Positions 19,437-28,771 of a stretch of 50,122 bases of DNA are shown in pieces. The position numbers were made by a program, and so were the translations under genes. Location: the IMG/VR virus record IMGVR_UViG_3300031673_000076, positions 1 through 50,122 of that record. One strand, 5' to 3'. The notes below the pieces were generated by a model that was not told the origin of the DNA, searched no databases, and saw only the letters and a program-made list of their open reading frames with translations. The DNA comes from a virus (lineage: Duplodnaviria > Caudoviricetes). The first letter of the stretch is position 1, and the number at the start of each line of letters is the position of its first letter.

Positions 19437-19703
19437 TCACGGTGTTGTCCTGATTTCTTTCAAAGGATTACACTCGGTCAGTTTAGGATTAGTTTTTATA
19501 ACATCAATTTTCAGATGAGCAGAAGTAACATATGCTTTTATTTCATTAGAATCCCATTGCATGCGTTCTTCAATAGTCGGCTCAAATTCTATTGAACCTT
19601 CAAAAATATCATCTGCATTGCCATCAATGAATGAAGTCATTATATGTTTTATTACTTCTCGTTGCTCTTTATATAATATATTGCTCAAATATATTTTGCT
19701 CAT
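19437..19703 (-). CDS. Hypothetical protein
   Basis: ORF with RBS. Confidence 0.55.
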   Translation of the reverse strand: MSKIYLSNILYKEQREVIKHIMTSFIDGNADDIFEGSIEFEPTIEERMQWDSNEIKAYVTSAHLKIDVIKTNPKLTECNPLKEIRTTP

Positions 19704-19761
19704 GGTTTCCCCTTCTCTATTGGTTCAAATTTTATCCCGTGATCGCCCTTGTAAATTTCTC

Positions 19762-19790
19762 TTGACAAATTTCTTTCCCTAATTTATATT
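19762..19790 (+). promoter_or_regulatory. Sigma70-type promoter, antisense to the late operon
   Basis: TTGACA-N17-TATATT. Confidence 0.7.
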
Positions 19791-19796
19791 CTCTTT

Positions 19797-19882
19797 CGTG
19801 TGCTTTGCGCACCCCTTGACTTGGTTACAAGTCTTGGTAAACGGCGACCCCGCCAGTTTATTCTGGTGTTTCGCCGTTTTTT
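19797..19882 (+). ncRNA. Putative ~85-nt three-hairpin small RNA
   Basis: Promoter, then hairpins GTGTGC/GCGCAC and GACTTG/CAAGTC, then terminator AAACGGCGA.../TCGCCGTTT with T-run. Confidence 0.55.
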
Positions 19883-19883
19883 A

Positions 19884-21461
19884 TTATTCTTTCCAATACC
19901 ATTTGCCTTTTCCCTTGACTAATAAATGCTCAATACCTTTATTTTTTGCCTCCCTCAATATTTGATTTATTCTGTCTTTATCCCAATCATCATAATTTAA
20001 TAATATATTTTTTGCTCTTCTTACTGTTCGTTCTTTATAGATACTATAGTTTTCTTTAAGTTTATATTCTGGCAAGTTAAGTTGCCATTCAATATGATCC
20101 TTTGTCATTGCTAATGCTTTTTGTTGCAATTCAGCTTTTTCTATTGCCAGTTTTGCCTCTTTGGCTGGTATTCCAAGTCTATTTCTTAAAACTTCTAACC
20201 ATTCTTTTCTTTTATTCATGGGAATTATCAGCCCCTCTGGGACTTCATACATTTGTAACCAACGGTATCTGCCTTTTGTATCTATGTAATGATGTCTAAC
20301 AAATGAAGGCACGGCGTCTATATTAGAAGGCAATAATGTCTTAGGCAATCTTTCCGAATCTATATCTAAAACATCACTCACAAGATTATTTGAACACCCA
20401 TAAAAATCATTCCAGCCCTGACCTAACCCGCCTTCATTAACATCAATACTACCAACCATATTTGAAATATTCTTTTTTGTAATATTATCTACAGGTGGTA
20501 TTTGAACTATGGCTGGCATCAACTCATTTTGTATTAATTTTAATTCATCAGAGAAATTACCCCTTATCCAATAGGGGGGGGTGGTATAACCAAGCAACTT
20601 CTCCCCGTGCTTCTTGAGGAAGTTTACCATATTCGCTGGCAGTGCCGTTGTAAACTGCCTTTGGTCTATGTTCCCCGTCTTGAGATAATCCACGAAGTCC
20701 TCAGTACTCAAGGTTTCCCAAGTAGCAAAACACAAACAGCAAGGATGCCATCCAACAAATTCAAATCCTTTGGGGTATGTCCCTTTCAAATCATCACAAA
20801 TATCTTCTTGTGGATGACTTGCTGATAACTGGACAGTTACCCCCGTTACAAATGGCAGTTGACTATTCTGAGTATAATCGGACATCCGGAACGCCATATT
20901 AGTCTCGGTTGCCGCAAGTCTTACTGACTGATACTCAATGTTCTTGCCCTTAAGAAGAGTCCCCTTGTACTGGATTGGCTTCCCCGCAAGATACCGTGTC
21001 ATCTCTTTCGACAGTACCACCGCCGACTTGCCCTCAGCGATCCCCGTTGCAAGGAATGTCTCTACTTCGCCCTTTGCCCCGTTTCCAAGCGCCCATACAC
21101 GCTCACTCAGGTTCATGCCGTTCTCGGTGCGGTTAAGGAAGGAATTGAGCGCCGGTATATTCGGACTCCGGAAACTCTGATATAAATCATTTGATATTTT
21201 GACATTCTGGAAGTACCCGCTGATTGCTTTGTTGTTCATTTCATTCGCAAGCATCCAATGGCGCCGGATCCCCTGCTCGATGTTGGCTTTCAATCCTTCA
21301 CGCAGGTTCTCTATATTTCCCTCAAGAACCGAAGCAAACCGCTTGCCCTTGACGGTGGTGAACCGTTTGGCAATATCCTTACTGGCATTGTCAAGTATCC
21401 TGCCAACCTGCTTATTGCGCTTGGCTATGTCGATTATGTTCTGTTTCTCAAATGAATTCAT
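19884..21461 (-). CDS. Minor head protein (SPP1 gp7/MuF-like) with long C-terminal extension
   Basis: NLSERVW, RLAATETNMA, DICD.L.G.YP, GWHPCCLC; ~220 further residues. Confidence 0.85.
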   Translation of the reverse strand: MNSFEKQNIIDIAKRNKQVGRILDNASKDIAKRFTTVKGKRFASVLEGNIENLREGLKANIEQGIRRHWMLANEMNNKAISGYFQNVKISNDLYQSFRSPNIPALNSFLNRTENGMNLSERVWALGNGAKGEVETFLATGIAEGKSAVVLSKEMTRYLAGKPIQYKGTLLKGKNIEYQSVRLAATETNMAFRMSDYTQNSQLPFVTGVTVQLSASHPQEDICDDLKGTYPKGFEFVGWHPCCLCFATWETLSTEDFVDYLKTGNIDQRQFTTALPANMVNFLKKHGEKLLGYTTPPYWIRGNFSDELKLIQNELMPAIVQIPPVDNITKKNISNMVGSIDVNEGGLGQGWNDFYGCSNNLVSDVLDIDSERLPKTLLPSNIDAVPSFVRHHYIDTKGRYRWLQMYEVPEGLIIPMNKRKEWLEVLRNRLGIPAKEAKLAIEKAELQQKALAMTKDHIEWQLNLPEYKLKENYSIYKERTVRRAKNILLNYDDWDKDRINQILREAKNKGIEHLLVKGKGKWYWKE

Positions 21462-21967
21462 TCAAGATTTACCTTAAGTAACATATTTCCAAGGTTAATA
21501 GATTCAAATAGATTTGGATATAATTTCACCGTTGTTATTCTACCGCAGAAAGGACATGCTTTTGGTTGTTCTCTGATGCAAAATGTTGATACGTAACCAC
21601 AAATACAGGTGTGTTCACCTCCACATCCGCAAGCATTAGTTATGATTTTCTTTTGCCATTCCTTGCAATAACGACCCTTGACATCAATAAAATCTACTTC
21701 TTGTGTTTCCTGATTCGGGAAAGTAACAGATATTACATTTTTGCAATCATGAATTTCAGGCAGAACTTTATCACACTCTGAACAAACGGCATCTTTATTT
21801 GCCTTCCCTTCAGGACATTTGAATTTATTTTCACCGCTTTTCAATTCATAATACAGATTGTTTGCCTGACTTATTAACTTTGTAAGCCGATCTCTTTCCT
21901 TTTCCCATATTGCTTTGTGTTTTTCGATTACTTTAATATCATCTTCATACATGATATTCCCCTTCAC
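21458..21967 (-). CDS. Multi-Cys zinc-finger protein (paralog of 18926-19426)
   Basis: CSEC, NACGCGG, CICGY, CPFCGR. Confidence 0.7.
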   Translation of the reverse strand: MKGNIMYEDDIKVIEKHKAIWEKERDRLTKLISQANNLYYELKSGENKFKCPEGKANKDAVCSECDKVLPEIHDCKNVISVTFPNQETQEVDFIDVKGRYCKEWQKKIITNACGCGGEHTCICGYVSTFCIREQPKACPFCGRITTVKLYPNLFESINLGNMLLKVNLE

Positions 21968-21976
21968 ATGTTAATT

Positions 21977-22246
21977 TCAAACAAATTCATCAGGATCCCC
22001 GTATATCAAATCAAGCAATCTATTCATCTTCTCATTCCCTTGAAACATCGCCCTGAACGGCAGACTTGCCCTATGGATTTCAATTAATTTTACAGCCAGA
22101 TCGTTCAGGCTCTGCACATTGACTATATACTTGCCTTCTTCTGTCTTTATGGCAGAAATGGAACCCGTATCACAGCATTTTTGAATAAAAACAGGGTTCA
22201 GTCTTGTCAATTCTGAGGCTTCATCAATGTTCAAAAACGGTTTCAT
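21977..22246 (-). CDS. Excisionase/MerR-like HTH protein
   Basis: FL.I.EA.E...L....I...C..G.I.A.K...G.Y.V. Confidence 0.65.
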   Translation of the reverse strand: MKPFLNIDEASELTRLNPVFIQKCCDTGSISAIKTEEGKYIVNVQSLNDLAVKLIEIHRASLPFRAMFQGNEKMNRLLDLIYGDPDEFV

Positions 22247-23628
22247 ATATTTACCGACTCCGCAAACGACTTCAAAGCTCCTGATTCCTTTTCTAACTCT
22301 TCCAATTCTTTAGTGGCATCCTGAATCAGCGGATTACTATCAACTGCCGATTTCTGACTCATTATCGGTTCACCTCCCCGTGCCAATGACAGGCTGCGAA
22401 TAAGAGCCTCCAAATCCTCCGGAAGCACATCATTAAATACCACATCAATATCGGCTTCATCGAGTGATTTCGCTTGCCCCTTATCTATAACTCCGAGCAC
22501 GGACTTCATCACGCTTATTCTGCGCTCCATGCCCTCGCCGAATATCTCCTGCTTATCTTTCGCCTTGAACAGAGCATCTGAGAACATCAATCGCAAGGCT
22601 ATCCCGGATACTGCCGACATGCCTTTCACATTAGAGAATGACAGGTCAGGCGTGTTGGTCATGCCGTAGATAATATCTTTCAGAGTCTCGATTTCAAGTT
22701 TGATCGATTCCGGCGCCTGATCCCATGATACATATCTGACACCGCCCGGATATGTAACTTCACCTGTAATGGAGTTCTCTTCTTTTTTAACCCTGACTAC
22801 CTTGCCCACATCCTCTTTTTTTGGCATATTGTCGACTTCGCCCTTAATTTCAGTAATCGGCGATCCATTGTAATCATTTGCGTCACCGAAATTGCTGATT
22901 AGATATTCAAGCCTGTTTATCTCCGTTTTCACATCCTCCCATTCCGGATCATCCTGTTCATAATAAACAACTGGTATTTTCCCGAATAAATTGGGTGTTG
23001 TTTTCTGTGTCCAGCCAGCCGTACCTTTTATTGCAGTGATTATTTGGGAGGCTGTGTAGATATTTGCATGGTCAACGGGTTTTCCCTTCTCATCAGTCAG
23101 CTTGTATGTAACGGTGAAAGCATCCATATCACCGTATTCATCATAATGCGGGTAAAACAGATACGATTCCCGCTTGCTCAGTAATGTTACACGTGCTTTC
23201 GCTACACCGTCCACAGCTTTAACGACTGACCATAATTCAGCAGCTTTCGTTTCCACAAACAGGTCACGGGCAAGACGTTTATCGAAGTAGTACAACTTGC
23301 ACTTTTTCCATAAATCCTGGATCAATTTAAAAACTTCCTCTTTGTCATTATTCAATACCAGCGACACAGGCTCACCGAATAAGAACGTGACCGCCGAATT
23401 CACGATACGTTTCTGGAATGGAATGGTCTCGGAGGTATGCTTAACAACTCTTGCGTTCTTTCCAGTCCCCACAGTTTTGGGCAACCGTGCTGTATCGTGT
23501 AGAATTTCATGATCGCCCATGTATGCTTTGCGATTATCGTCAATGGCTTTGTCTTTTTCCAGTGGATCAAGACATAATGCTGCCAATACTTTGTTAAAAT
23601 CCTTCTCTGCTAAAATATCATTAATCAT
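22243..23628 (-). CDS. Portal protein, SPP1 gp6-like
   Basis: FLFGEPV, N.FGKIPVVYY, TPDLSF, SGIALR. Confidence 0.92.
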   Translation of the reverse strand: MINDILAEKDFNKVLAALCLDPLEKDKAIDDNRKAYMGDHEILHDTARLPKTVGTGKNARVVKHTSETIPFQKRIVNSAVTFLFGEPVSLVLNNDKEEVFKLIQDLWKKCKLYYFDKRLARDLFVETKAAELWSVVKAVDGVAKARVTLLSKRESYLFYPHYDEYGDMDAFTVTYKLTDEKGKPVDHANIYTASQIITAIKGTAGWTQKTTPNLFGKIPVVYYEQDDPEWEDVKTEINRLEYLISNFGDANDYNGSPITEIKGEVDNMPKKEDVGKVVRVKKEENSITGEVTYPGGVRYVSWDQAPESIKLEIETLKDIIYGMTNTPDLSFSNVKGMSAVSGIALRLMFSDALFKAKDKQEIFGEGMERRISVMKSVLGVIDKGQAKSLDEADIDVVFNDVLPEDLEALIRSLSLARGGEPIMSQKSAVDSNPLIQDATKELEELEKESGALKSFAESVNI

Positions 23629-23723
23629 TTGTCAATCTCCTTTATAGTGAACATATTAAACCTTGCCATGAGTCACCGCCATGGGTGATGACGAGCCTTT
23701 TGTGAACATATTGGAATATAAAA

Positions 23724-23966
23724 TTAGTTTTTCACATTCATTCCTATCAGTTCCAACCTGCCGACTATACCTTCCTCTTGGTTACAATAGTGATTTGACG
23801 GGTTGTTATTAGTTAAAATGTCCTGTTTGGTATCACTCAAGATATGAACCCTTTCGTATGCTGGTATCTTGATTACATTCCCACACCGCATACAACGGTA
23901 AACATGCTCTATTTCCATAGCCTTTCCCTTTCTGTTACACTGGCAATCCCAGTGCATTCCAATCAA
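23724..23966 (-). CDS. Small Zn-ribbon hypothetical protein
   Basis: YRCMRCG...HYC; likely start at MEIEHV. Confidence 0.45.
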   Translation of the reverse strand: MIGMHWDCQCNRKGKAMEIEHVYRCMRCGNVIKIPAYERVHILSDTKQDILTNNNPSNHYCNQEEGIVGRLELIGMNVKN

Positions 23967-25191
23967 ATTTACTTTCCTCTGATTCGGGTCTAAACGATAT
24001 GCCGCTCAAAGCATACCTTAACTGGTCTATATAATGGTTATTCCTGTCAACCGGTGTGTTCATAACCTCGCCCTGCTTATTCTTTTGCCACTGATATAAC
24101 TGGAACTCATTGATGGCATTCTGGCAATCCCGGTGAATGATGACCTCATACTGTAAAATGAATTGTATCCCGTGATTTACCGACCCCTTGCCTGCCCATG
24201 CTGCCATAGAATTCAATCCATATCCTCTGAGTTCCTGTATATCTTTCGGCGCTGAGGGATCACAGCGAATCGGTTCGTTTCCGATAACCGGTTTGATCCG
24301 TTCCGCAATCACATCATTTGTCAACCCGTATTCATACATTTCGTGAGTGATATACAGTTTCTTCTCCTTTATTGCGCACCTCCCAAATGCTGTCGGATCG
24401 TTCGTAAAGCCAAAATCCAGCCCGTTATAATAAGTACCGAAGGCATCCCGCAATCCCGTGAGGTTCTCCACCCTCCAGTTCGTGAATATGAGATGTCCGA
24501 GAACCCCCCAGTTGCCGAGAGTATAGACGTTGTAATAGTATTCATTCTTTTCTGATTCAAGAAAGTACGAGTCTTCAGGAGCCAGGAATCGATTGTCTTT
24601 GTATGTAGTTTTGAGGATCGTGAGTTCGGGGTCTCTGTATTCCATATCCGTATCGTGGAAAGATTTGAAAAATTCTTTGTGTATCCAGTGAGTACGCATG
24701 ATAGGGTTGAATGAGAATGAAATACGTTTCGGAACTTTTGACTGTCCCCTGAGCCGTTTAGTGAGTTGCCGGTAGTCATCTTCACTGGTCTCAGTCGCTT
24801 CCTCAATCCAGATGTCGGTAATGACATCTTTGTTGGCTGGCTTAATGCCTTTGATTTTTTGTACATCGTCAAGTCCCGCAAATAAAGCCTGTCGGTTGTT
24901 TGCCCGTGGGCAGGTTATCGTCATTTCCGATTTGTTCACTTTGAAGTAATCCCATAGTTCCCATTCACTGATTACTGAGTTCATTTCATTAAATGTCGTG
25001 GTTCGGTGCGTATTCGCTGTGTTCCTTATTATCAGATAATTACGCTCACCTTGCAGTAAATCGGATATGGCACGTTGTGCAAGGAAATGACTCTTGCCCG
25101 AAGATGCACCACCAAAGAATATCTGGGTTCGGGTCTGATCTTCAACATAGGGTTTGAACGCATCATTTATCCGCCACTGCTTTATTATCAT
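23935..25191 (-). CDS. terL: Terminase large subunit, PBSX family
   Basis: GGASSGKS Walker A, IWIEEATE Walker B, GLDFGFTNDP nuclease motif, NHYIDQLRYA. Confidence 0.95.
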   Translation of the reverse strand: MIIKQWRINDAFKPYVEDQTRTQIFFGGASSGKSHFLAQRAISDLLQGERNYLIIRNTANTHRTTTFNEMNSVISEWELWDYFKVNKSEMTITCPRANNRQALFAGLDDVQKIKGIKPANKDVITDIWIEEATETSEDDYRQLTKRLRGQSKVPKRISFSFNPIMRTHWIHKEFFKSFHDTDMEYRDPELTILKTTYKDNRFLAPEDSYFLESEKNEYYYNVYTLGNWGVLGHLIFTNWRVENLTGLRDAFGTYYNGLDFGFTNDPTAFGRCAIKEKKLYITHEMYEYGLTNDVIAERIKPVIGNEPIRCDPSAPKDIQELRGYGLNSMAAWAGKGSVNHGIQFILQYEVIIHRDCQNAINEFQLYQWQKNKQGEVMNTPVDRNNHYIDQLRYALSGISFRPESEESKFDWNALGLPV

Positions 25192-25684
25192 TCGTGCTGT
25201 CCACCAGTTCTAATTTCAGGTGCATATCACCTGTATGGTTCACATTCTCAATAAACATGACAAGGTGTTTCCCAATAAGTTCAAGTGCCTTCAGTTTATC
25301 ATAAAGTTTTACCTTGATAGTTCCGCCATCTTTTGTTTTTGTTTCCGATACTTCAGCTATTACGGAACATTGTTCCCTTGTTAAGAGCTTACTTTTTTTA
25401 ATATTAATCCCGGTTGTGCTCCATTCAAAGTAATCGCTCGCATTGGCAAAACCAATAAGTGCAAGTTCATTTAATACTTTATCAACTGTTATTTGTGTTC
25501 TTTCGGAGCGTTTATCGAAGGCTTTCTGGATAGCAGTCTGAATTTCAGGTTTTCTCAAGTTTTCATTTCCGATAGAATATGACGTTTTCTCACAATACCC
25601 CGCCCTTATAGCTGCTTGAGTAGCATTTAAGTCTTTCAGATATTCCTCAATGAATTGCTTCTGTTTGTTTGTGAGTTTTGCCAT
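25163..25684 (-). CDS. terS: Terminase small subunit
   Basis: LT.KQ..F.EEYL.DLNATQAAIRAGY; DKLKALELIGKHL. Confidence 0.95.
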   Translation of the reverse strand: MAKLTNKQKQFIEEYLKDLNATQAAIRAGYCEKTSYSIGNENLRKPEIQTAIQKAFDKRSERTQITVDKVLNELALIGFANASDYFEWSTTGINIKKSKLLTREQCSVIAEVSETKTKDGGTIKVKLYDKLKALELIGKHLVMFIENVNHTGDMHLKLELVDSTNDNKAVADK

Positions 25685-25805
25685 GATCGCTTATTCAGGT
25701 ATAAAGGTTTAGTGTAACAAATTATAATTAATTAATAATATTGATTGCATTTTCTCAAAAGTCAAGTGAAAACCGTGATTTTAATCCCAAGGGCGTATTT
25801 CAATC

Positions 25806-26168
25806 TCAAATCTTTTTTGATAAATCCAGAGTTATTCTACAGCTTCCATCCACTTTGTACAATCTGTAATATCCCAGTATATCTTCTAACTTTAGAGTAA
25901 ATTTCTCATTAATGATAAGTGCGGTATTTCTTAGACGGAATGTACTTTGTATCTTGTAAGCATTTTCGTCTTGATCTTTAGGTCTCAACGGCTCAATGTC
26001 AACAAGTTGGTTCTTGGGATCATACCAGATATGAGCATAGTACCCCGGTTTCAATTCAAATACCTTCATAGTTGATGTATTAAAATTAAAATATTGTTTG
26101 CTGATTAAACATACAGGATAATTGAATGAACTATGAGCAATCGGTTTCTTGCAAAGGATATATGGCAT
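25806..26168 (-). CDS. Hypothetical protein
   Basis: ORF with RBS. Confidence 0.55.
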   Translation of the reverse strand: MPYILCKKPIAHSSFNYPVCLISKQYFNFNTSTMKVFELKPGYYAHIWYDPKNQLVDIEPLRPKDQDENAYKIQSTFRLRNTALIINEKFTLKLEDILGYYRLYKVDGSCRITLDLSKKI

Positions 26169-26223
26169 AATATTTTACTCCTTATAAAGCTAAACCCAGA
26201 TGATAAGTTTAAAATCAAGTATT

Positions 26224-26424
26224 TTATTTTATATCCTTCATTGTAATATCTCCCGGAATCTCTTCCATGATGATGTGTTTACATGGAGTATAGGGGAAAT
26301 AATCATCAGTTAATTTATCATTAGCTAAATAAAATTCGCCAGATTTTGGTTTCCTTATTTCACCAGTTGCCCGATACCGTTTCCCGCCTTGTTCAACTTC
26401 CAATTCAAGTTTTAGGATTTTCAT
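26224..26424 (-). CDS. Hypothetical protein
   Basis: TGE.R.PK.GE.YL pattern; coupled ORF. Confidence 0.55.
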   Translation of the reverse strand: MKILKLELEVEQGGKRYRATGEIRKPKSGEFYLANDKLTDDYFPYTPCKHIIMEEIPGDITMKDIK

Positions 26425-26900
26425 TTAAAGTTCTCCATTATTTCAAGATGCTCTTTCTTGAGTTTTAACCATTTCTCACGTGTGATGTTTTCATTAACCA
26501 CTATTAATACTTCCCATCTGGGCTTTGCGCTGTATGCCTTAAATGTTATCCCATAGTATATTTGGCTATCATTTTTGATAAACTGTAATTTCTCAAGTGC
26601 ATCGGCAAGTTGCTTACGGCAGTTATCATCATCAGGTTTCTTGTCATAGTGGATATAACCGGCAAGTGCTGCTGCCTTCCACCAGGCAGACTTTGATTGA
26701 GGCACGGGGAAGTACAACCTTAAATGCACTTGTATAGGGTCAGTAATAGGTTCAGGGGGTCTAAAAGGTAGCATTTCGGTCATTAACGCATTCTCTGTAT
26801 ATTTCTGCTCTTTAGTCTGATAGGTTATACCTGACCGTGTATGATGAACGGTTGCCTTTCCAGTGGGTTCCTGATAAATCGTGAAACGTATTTCATTCAT
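26421..26900 (-). CDS. rusA: RusA-family Holliday junction resolvase
   Basis: KKPDDDN..K...DAL....NDSQI. Confidence 0.85.
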   Translation of the reverse strand: MNEIRFTIYQEPTGKATVHHTRSGITYQTKEQKYTENALMTEMLPFRPPEPITDPIQVHLRLYFPVPQSKSAWWKAAALAGYIHYDKKPDDDNCRKQLADALEKLQFIKNDSQIYYGITFKAYSAKPRWEVLIVVNENITREKWLKLKKEHLEIMENFK

Positions 26901-27142
26901 GATTTTATTTCCTTGCCATATCTGCGAAGTTTTTAACGATTATACCTATCCAGACTTTAATAATTGTGTCCCGGACATCTGCATCTATGCTTTCCCATAC
27001 GTTTCTCAAGTCTTTTCTGATTGTTAAATATTCAATTATTTCATTAACGGAATCTTTTGCTCTATCGTGAATTGTACGTATCATAACAACCTCCTATATA
27101 TTCCTTATCCTGTATGATAGAAGTATAAGAAACCCCATGCGT

Positions 27143-27340
27143 TTAACCGCTATGAGAAACATCAATGTCTGCCTCTATAATATTATCTCTAATCCATTTA
27201 GCCAAGAATTTAGCCCATCTCCAACCATCAAAACCAGATTGTGATTGGGCAAATCCTTCCATTTCCTCATCTGTTAATTGGTCAAATTCAATATTCTCCC
27301 ATTTCCCGTCTCTTTGAATTCTTACATAAGCACCCGTCAT
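27143..27340 (-). CDS. Hypothetical protein
   Basis: TG.YVRIQRDGKWENI...LT..E. Confidence 0.55.
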   Translation of the reverse strand: MTGAYVRIQRDGKWENIEFDQLTDEEMEGFAQSQSGFDGWRWAKFLAKWIRDNIIEADIDVSHSG

Positions 27341-27519
27341 TTTATATTCCTTTCTATTTTAATGTGCATCCTGATAGTATTTGCTTGGTTCAATGTTCTG
27401 CAATGGTTTCATGGCATACCACGCCGTGATGCCGTATACTATGCTAAGTATCAAAATGATTAGAATGCAGAACAACCTTGCATGCTTGTAAAAATATTTG
27501 TTACATCTTTGGAACATCG

Positions 27520-28329
27520 TCAAACTCCTTCGGGAAACTGATTCCAGATTTGCCCGTCCAATTCTGGCATCTTGACTATTTTTCCATTCACAATACCCTG
27601 TTTAAAAAAATATGGGACTCCAGCCTCAACACATTGGTCTTTCAATGACCGTGCCCAATTCATATCAAATGGACGGCGGTTTTGACCTGATTCACAACCG
27701 CATATCACCCAATCTAATACACCTGTTTCCCAATATCTGCCTTTATCTATATAGGTGGAACTTAATGAAATACCTTCCAGTAAAGGTTCAAAACTTACAA
27801 ACCGTTTGACCACTAGTATCTTCAAAAGCTCTTCAACACGCCACATATTATCTTGGTTTTCCACTGAAACTCCGAGCCAAATGTTCTTGGGTAGTATATA
27901 TTCTTTTCTGTATCCCCATAAATATTCAGTTTCTGCTTTTCTCTCTGCCATAATTGCAGCCATACCCATAGGACGCTTAGTTAAAAGTAGAAAGGTGTGT
28001 AGCGGAAGTGCTTCAATAACGTCCAGAACTGACATTATATAGGCTGTTTGTATATCACCGTGAAACAAATCTCCCATGAACGAAACACCGATCCGTGATG
28101 GTTTCTTGATATGAAAAGGTTCATCGAGCTTTTCTGGGCAAAATACAACCTTAAATGGATCGTCTTTTGAATAACCACGTGCTCCCATTCCTGCCAACCT
28201 TTTTGACATTATTCGTGCCCAACAATTTTTACATCCCTCACTGACGGGTGAGCATCCATGTGTGGGCGACCATGTCCAATCCAAGTACTCAATTTTTGTC
28301 TTTGCCATCGTCAAACTCCTTATTATCAT
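27520..28329 (-). CDS. DUF5131 / Gp37Gp68 family protein (three-Cys, radical-SAM-like)
   Basis: TWSP..GC..VSEGC.NCWA, MGDLFH, LLTKRP, WVICGCESG, FFKQ. Confidence 0.9.
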   Translation of the reverse strand: MIIRSLTMAKTKIEYLDWTWSPTHGCSPVSEGCKNCWARIMSKRLAGMGARGYSKDDPFKVVFCPEKLDEPFHIKKPSRIGVSFMGDLFHGDIQTAYIMSVLDVIEALPLHTFLLLTKRPMGMAAIMAERKAETEYLWGYRKEYILPKNIWLGVSVENQDNMWRVEELLKILVVKRFVSFEPLLEGISLSSTYIDKGRYWETGVLDWVICGCESGQNRRPFDMNWARSLKDQCVEAGVPYFFKQGIVNGKIVKMPELDGQIWNQFPEGV

Positions 28330-28750
28330 GGATGTTGCCGATCTTCCGGGCGTAATGATTTCCGTAAATATTTATGTCATATGTAGAATGATTCCCCTTA
28401 AATCCCCATCTATAATCTTCAAAAACGAGTATTGTTATTACATCACCATCATTAAAACTAAGAACAAACCTATCCCCCTCAAAACACCATTCGCCATTGA
28501 CTTTGATACCGGATTCAATAGCTTCCGGCTTGAGAATATTAATAGTACCCACCGGCATCCATCTTTTACTGTCTTTGTTTTCCGCATACATTGAAATCAA
28601 TGTGTTTTTGTAGTTACTTTCGGGATATAGGTATTCATCGGCGGCAGTGAAATATTGTTTTGCCTGCTCATAGGATATTATCCAAACATAACCGTCAATC
28701 TTATTGTCTTTTATCAGCCTAAGCATCATTTCAATCTGTGCCATCTTCAA
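28289..28750 (-). CDS. YopX-like protein
   Basis: G....FEGD and IGNIHDN.E C-terminus. Confidence 0.65.
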   Translation of the reverse strand: MKMAQIEMMLRLIKDNKIDGYVWIISYEQAKQYFTAADEYLYPESNYKNTLISMYAENKDSKRWMPVGTINILKPEAIESGIKVNGEWCFEGDRFVLSFNDGDVITILVFEDYRWGFKGNHSTYDINIYGNHYARKIGNIHDNKEFDDGKDKN

Positions 28751-28771
28751 GCTCCTTCGGTATCTCGCAGG

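Noticed and set aside
19851-19876. Pairing between the sRNA (CCAGTTT, GTTTCGCC) and the D arm of tRNA-like element 1
   Set aside because: Matches are only 7-8 nt and mostly buried in the terminator stem, so chance is likely
27520-28329. DUF5131 plus MT-A70 plus glycosyltransferases as a DNA hypermodification pathway
   Set aside because: The genes are scattered over early and late operons, and no base hydroxylase or hydroxymethylase was seen to supply an acceptor; it cannot be fully excluded
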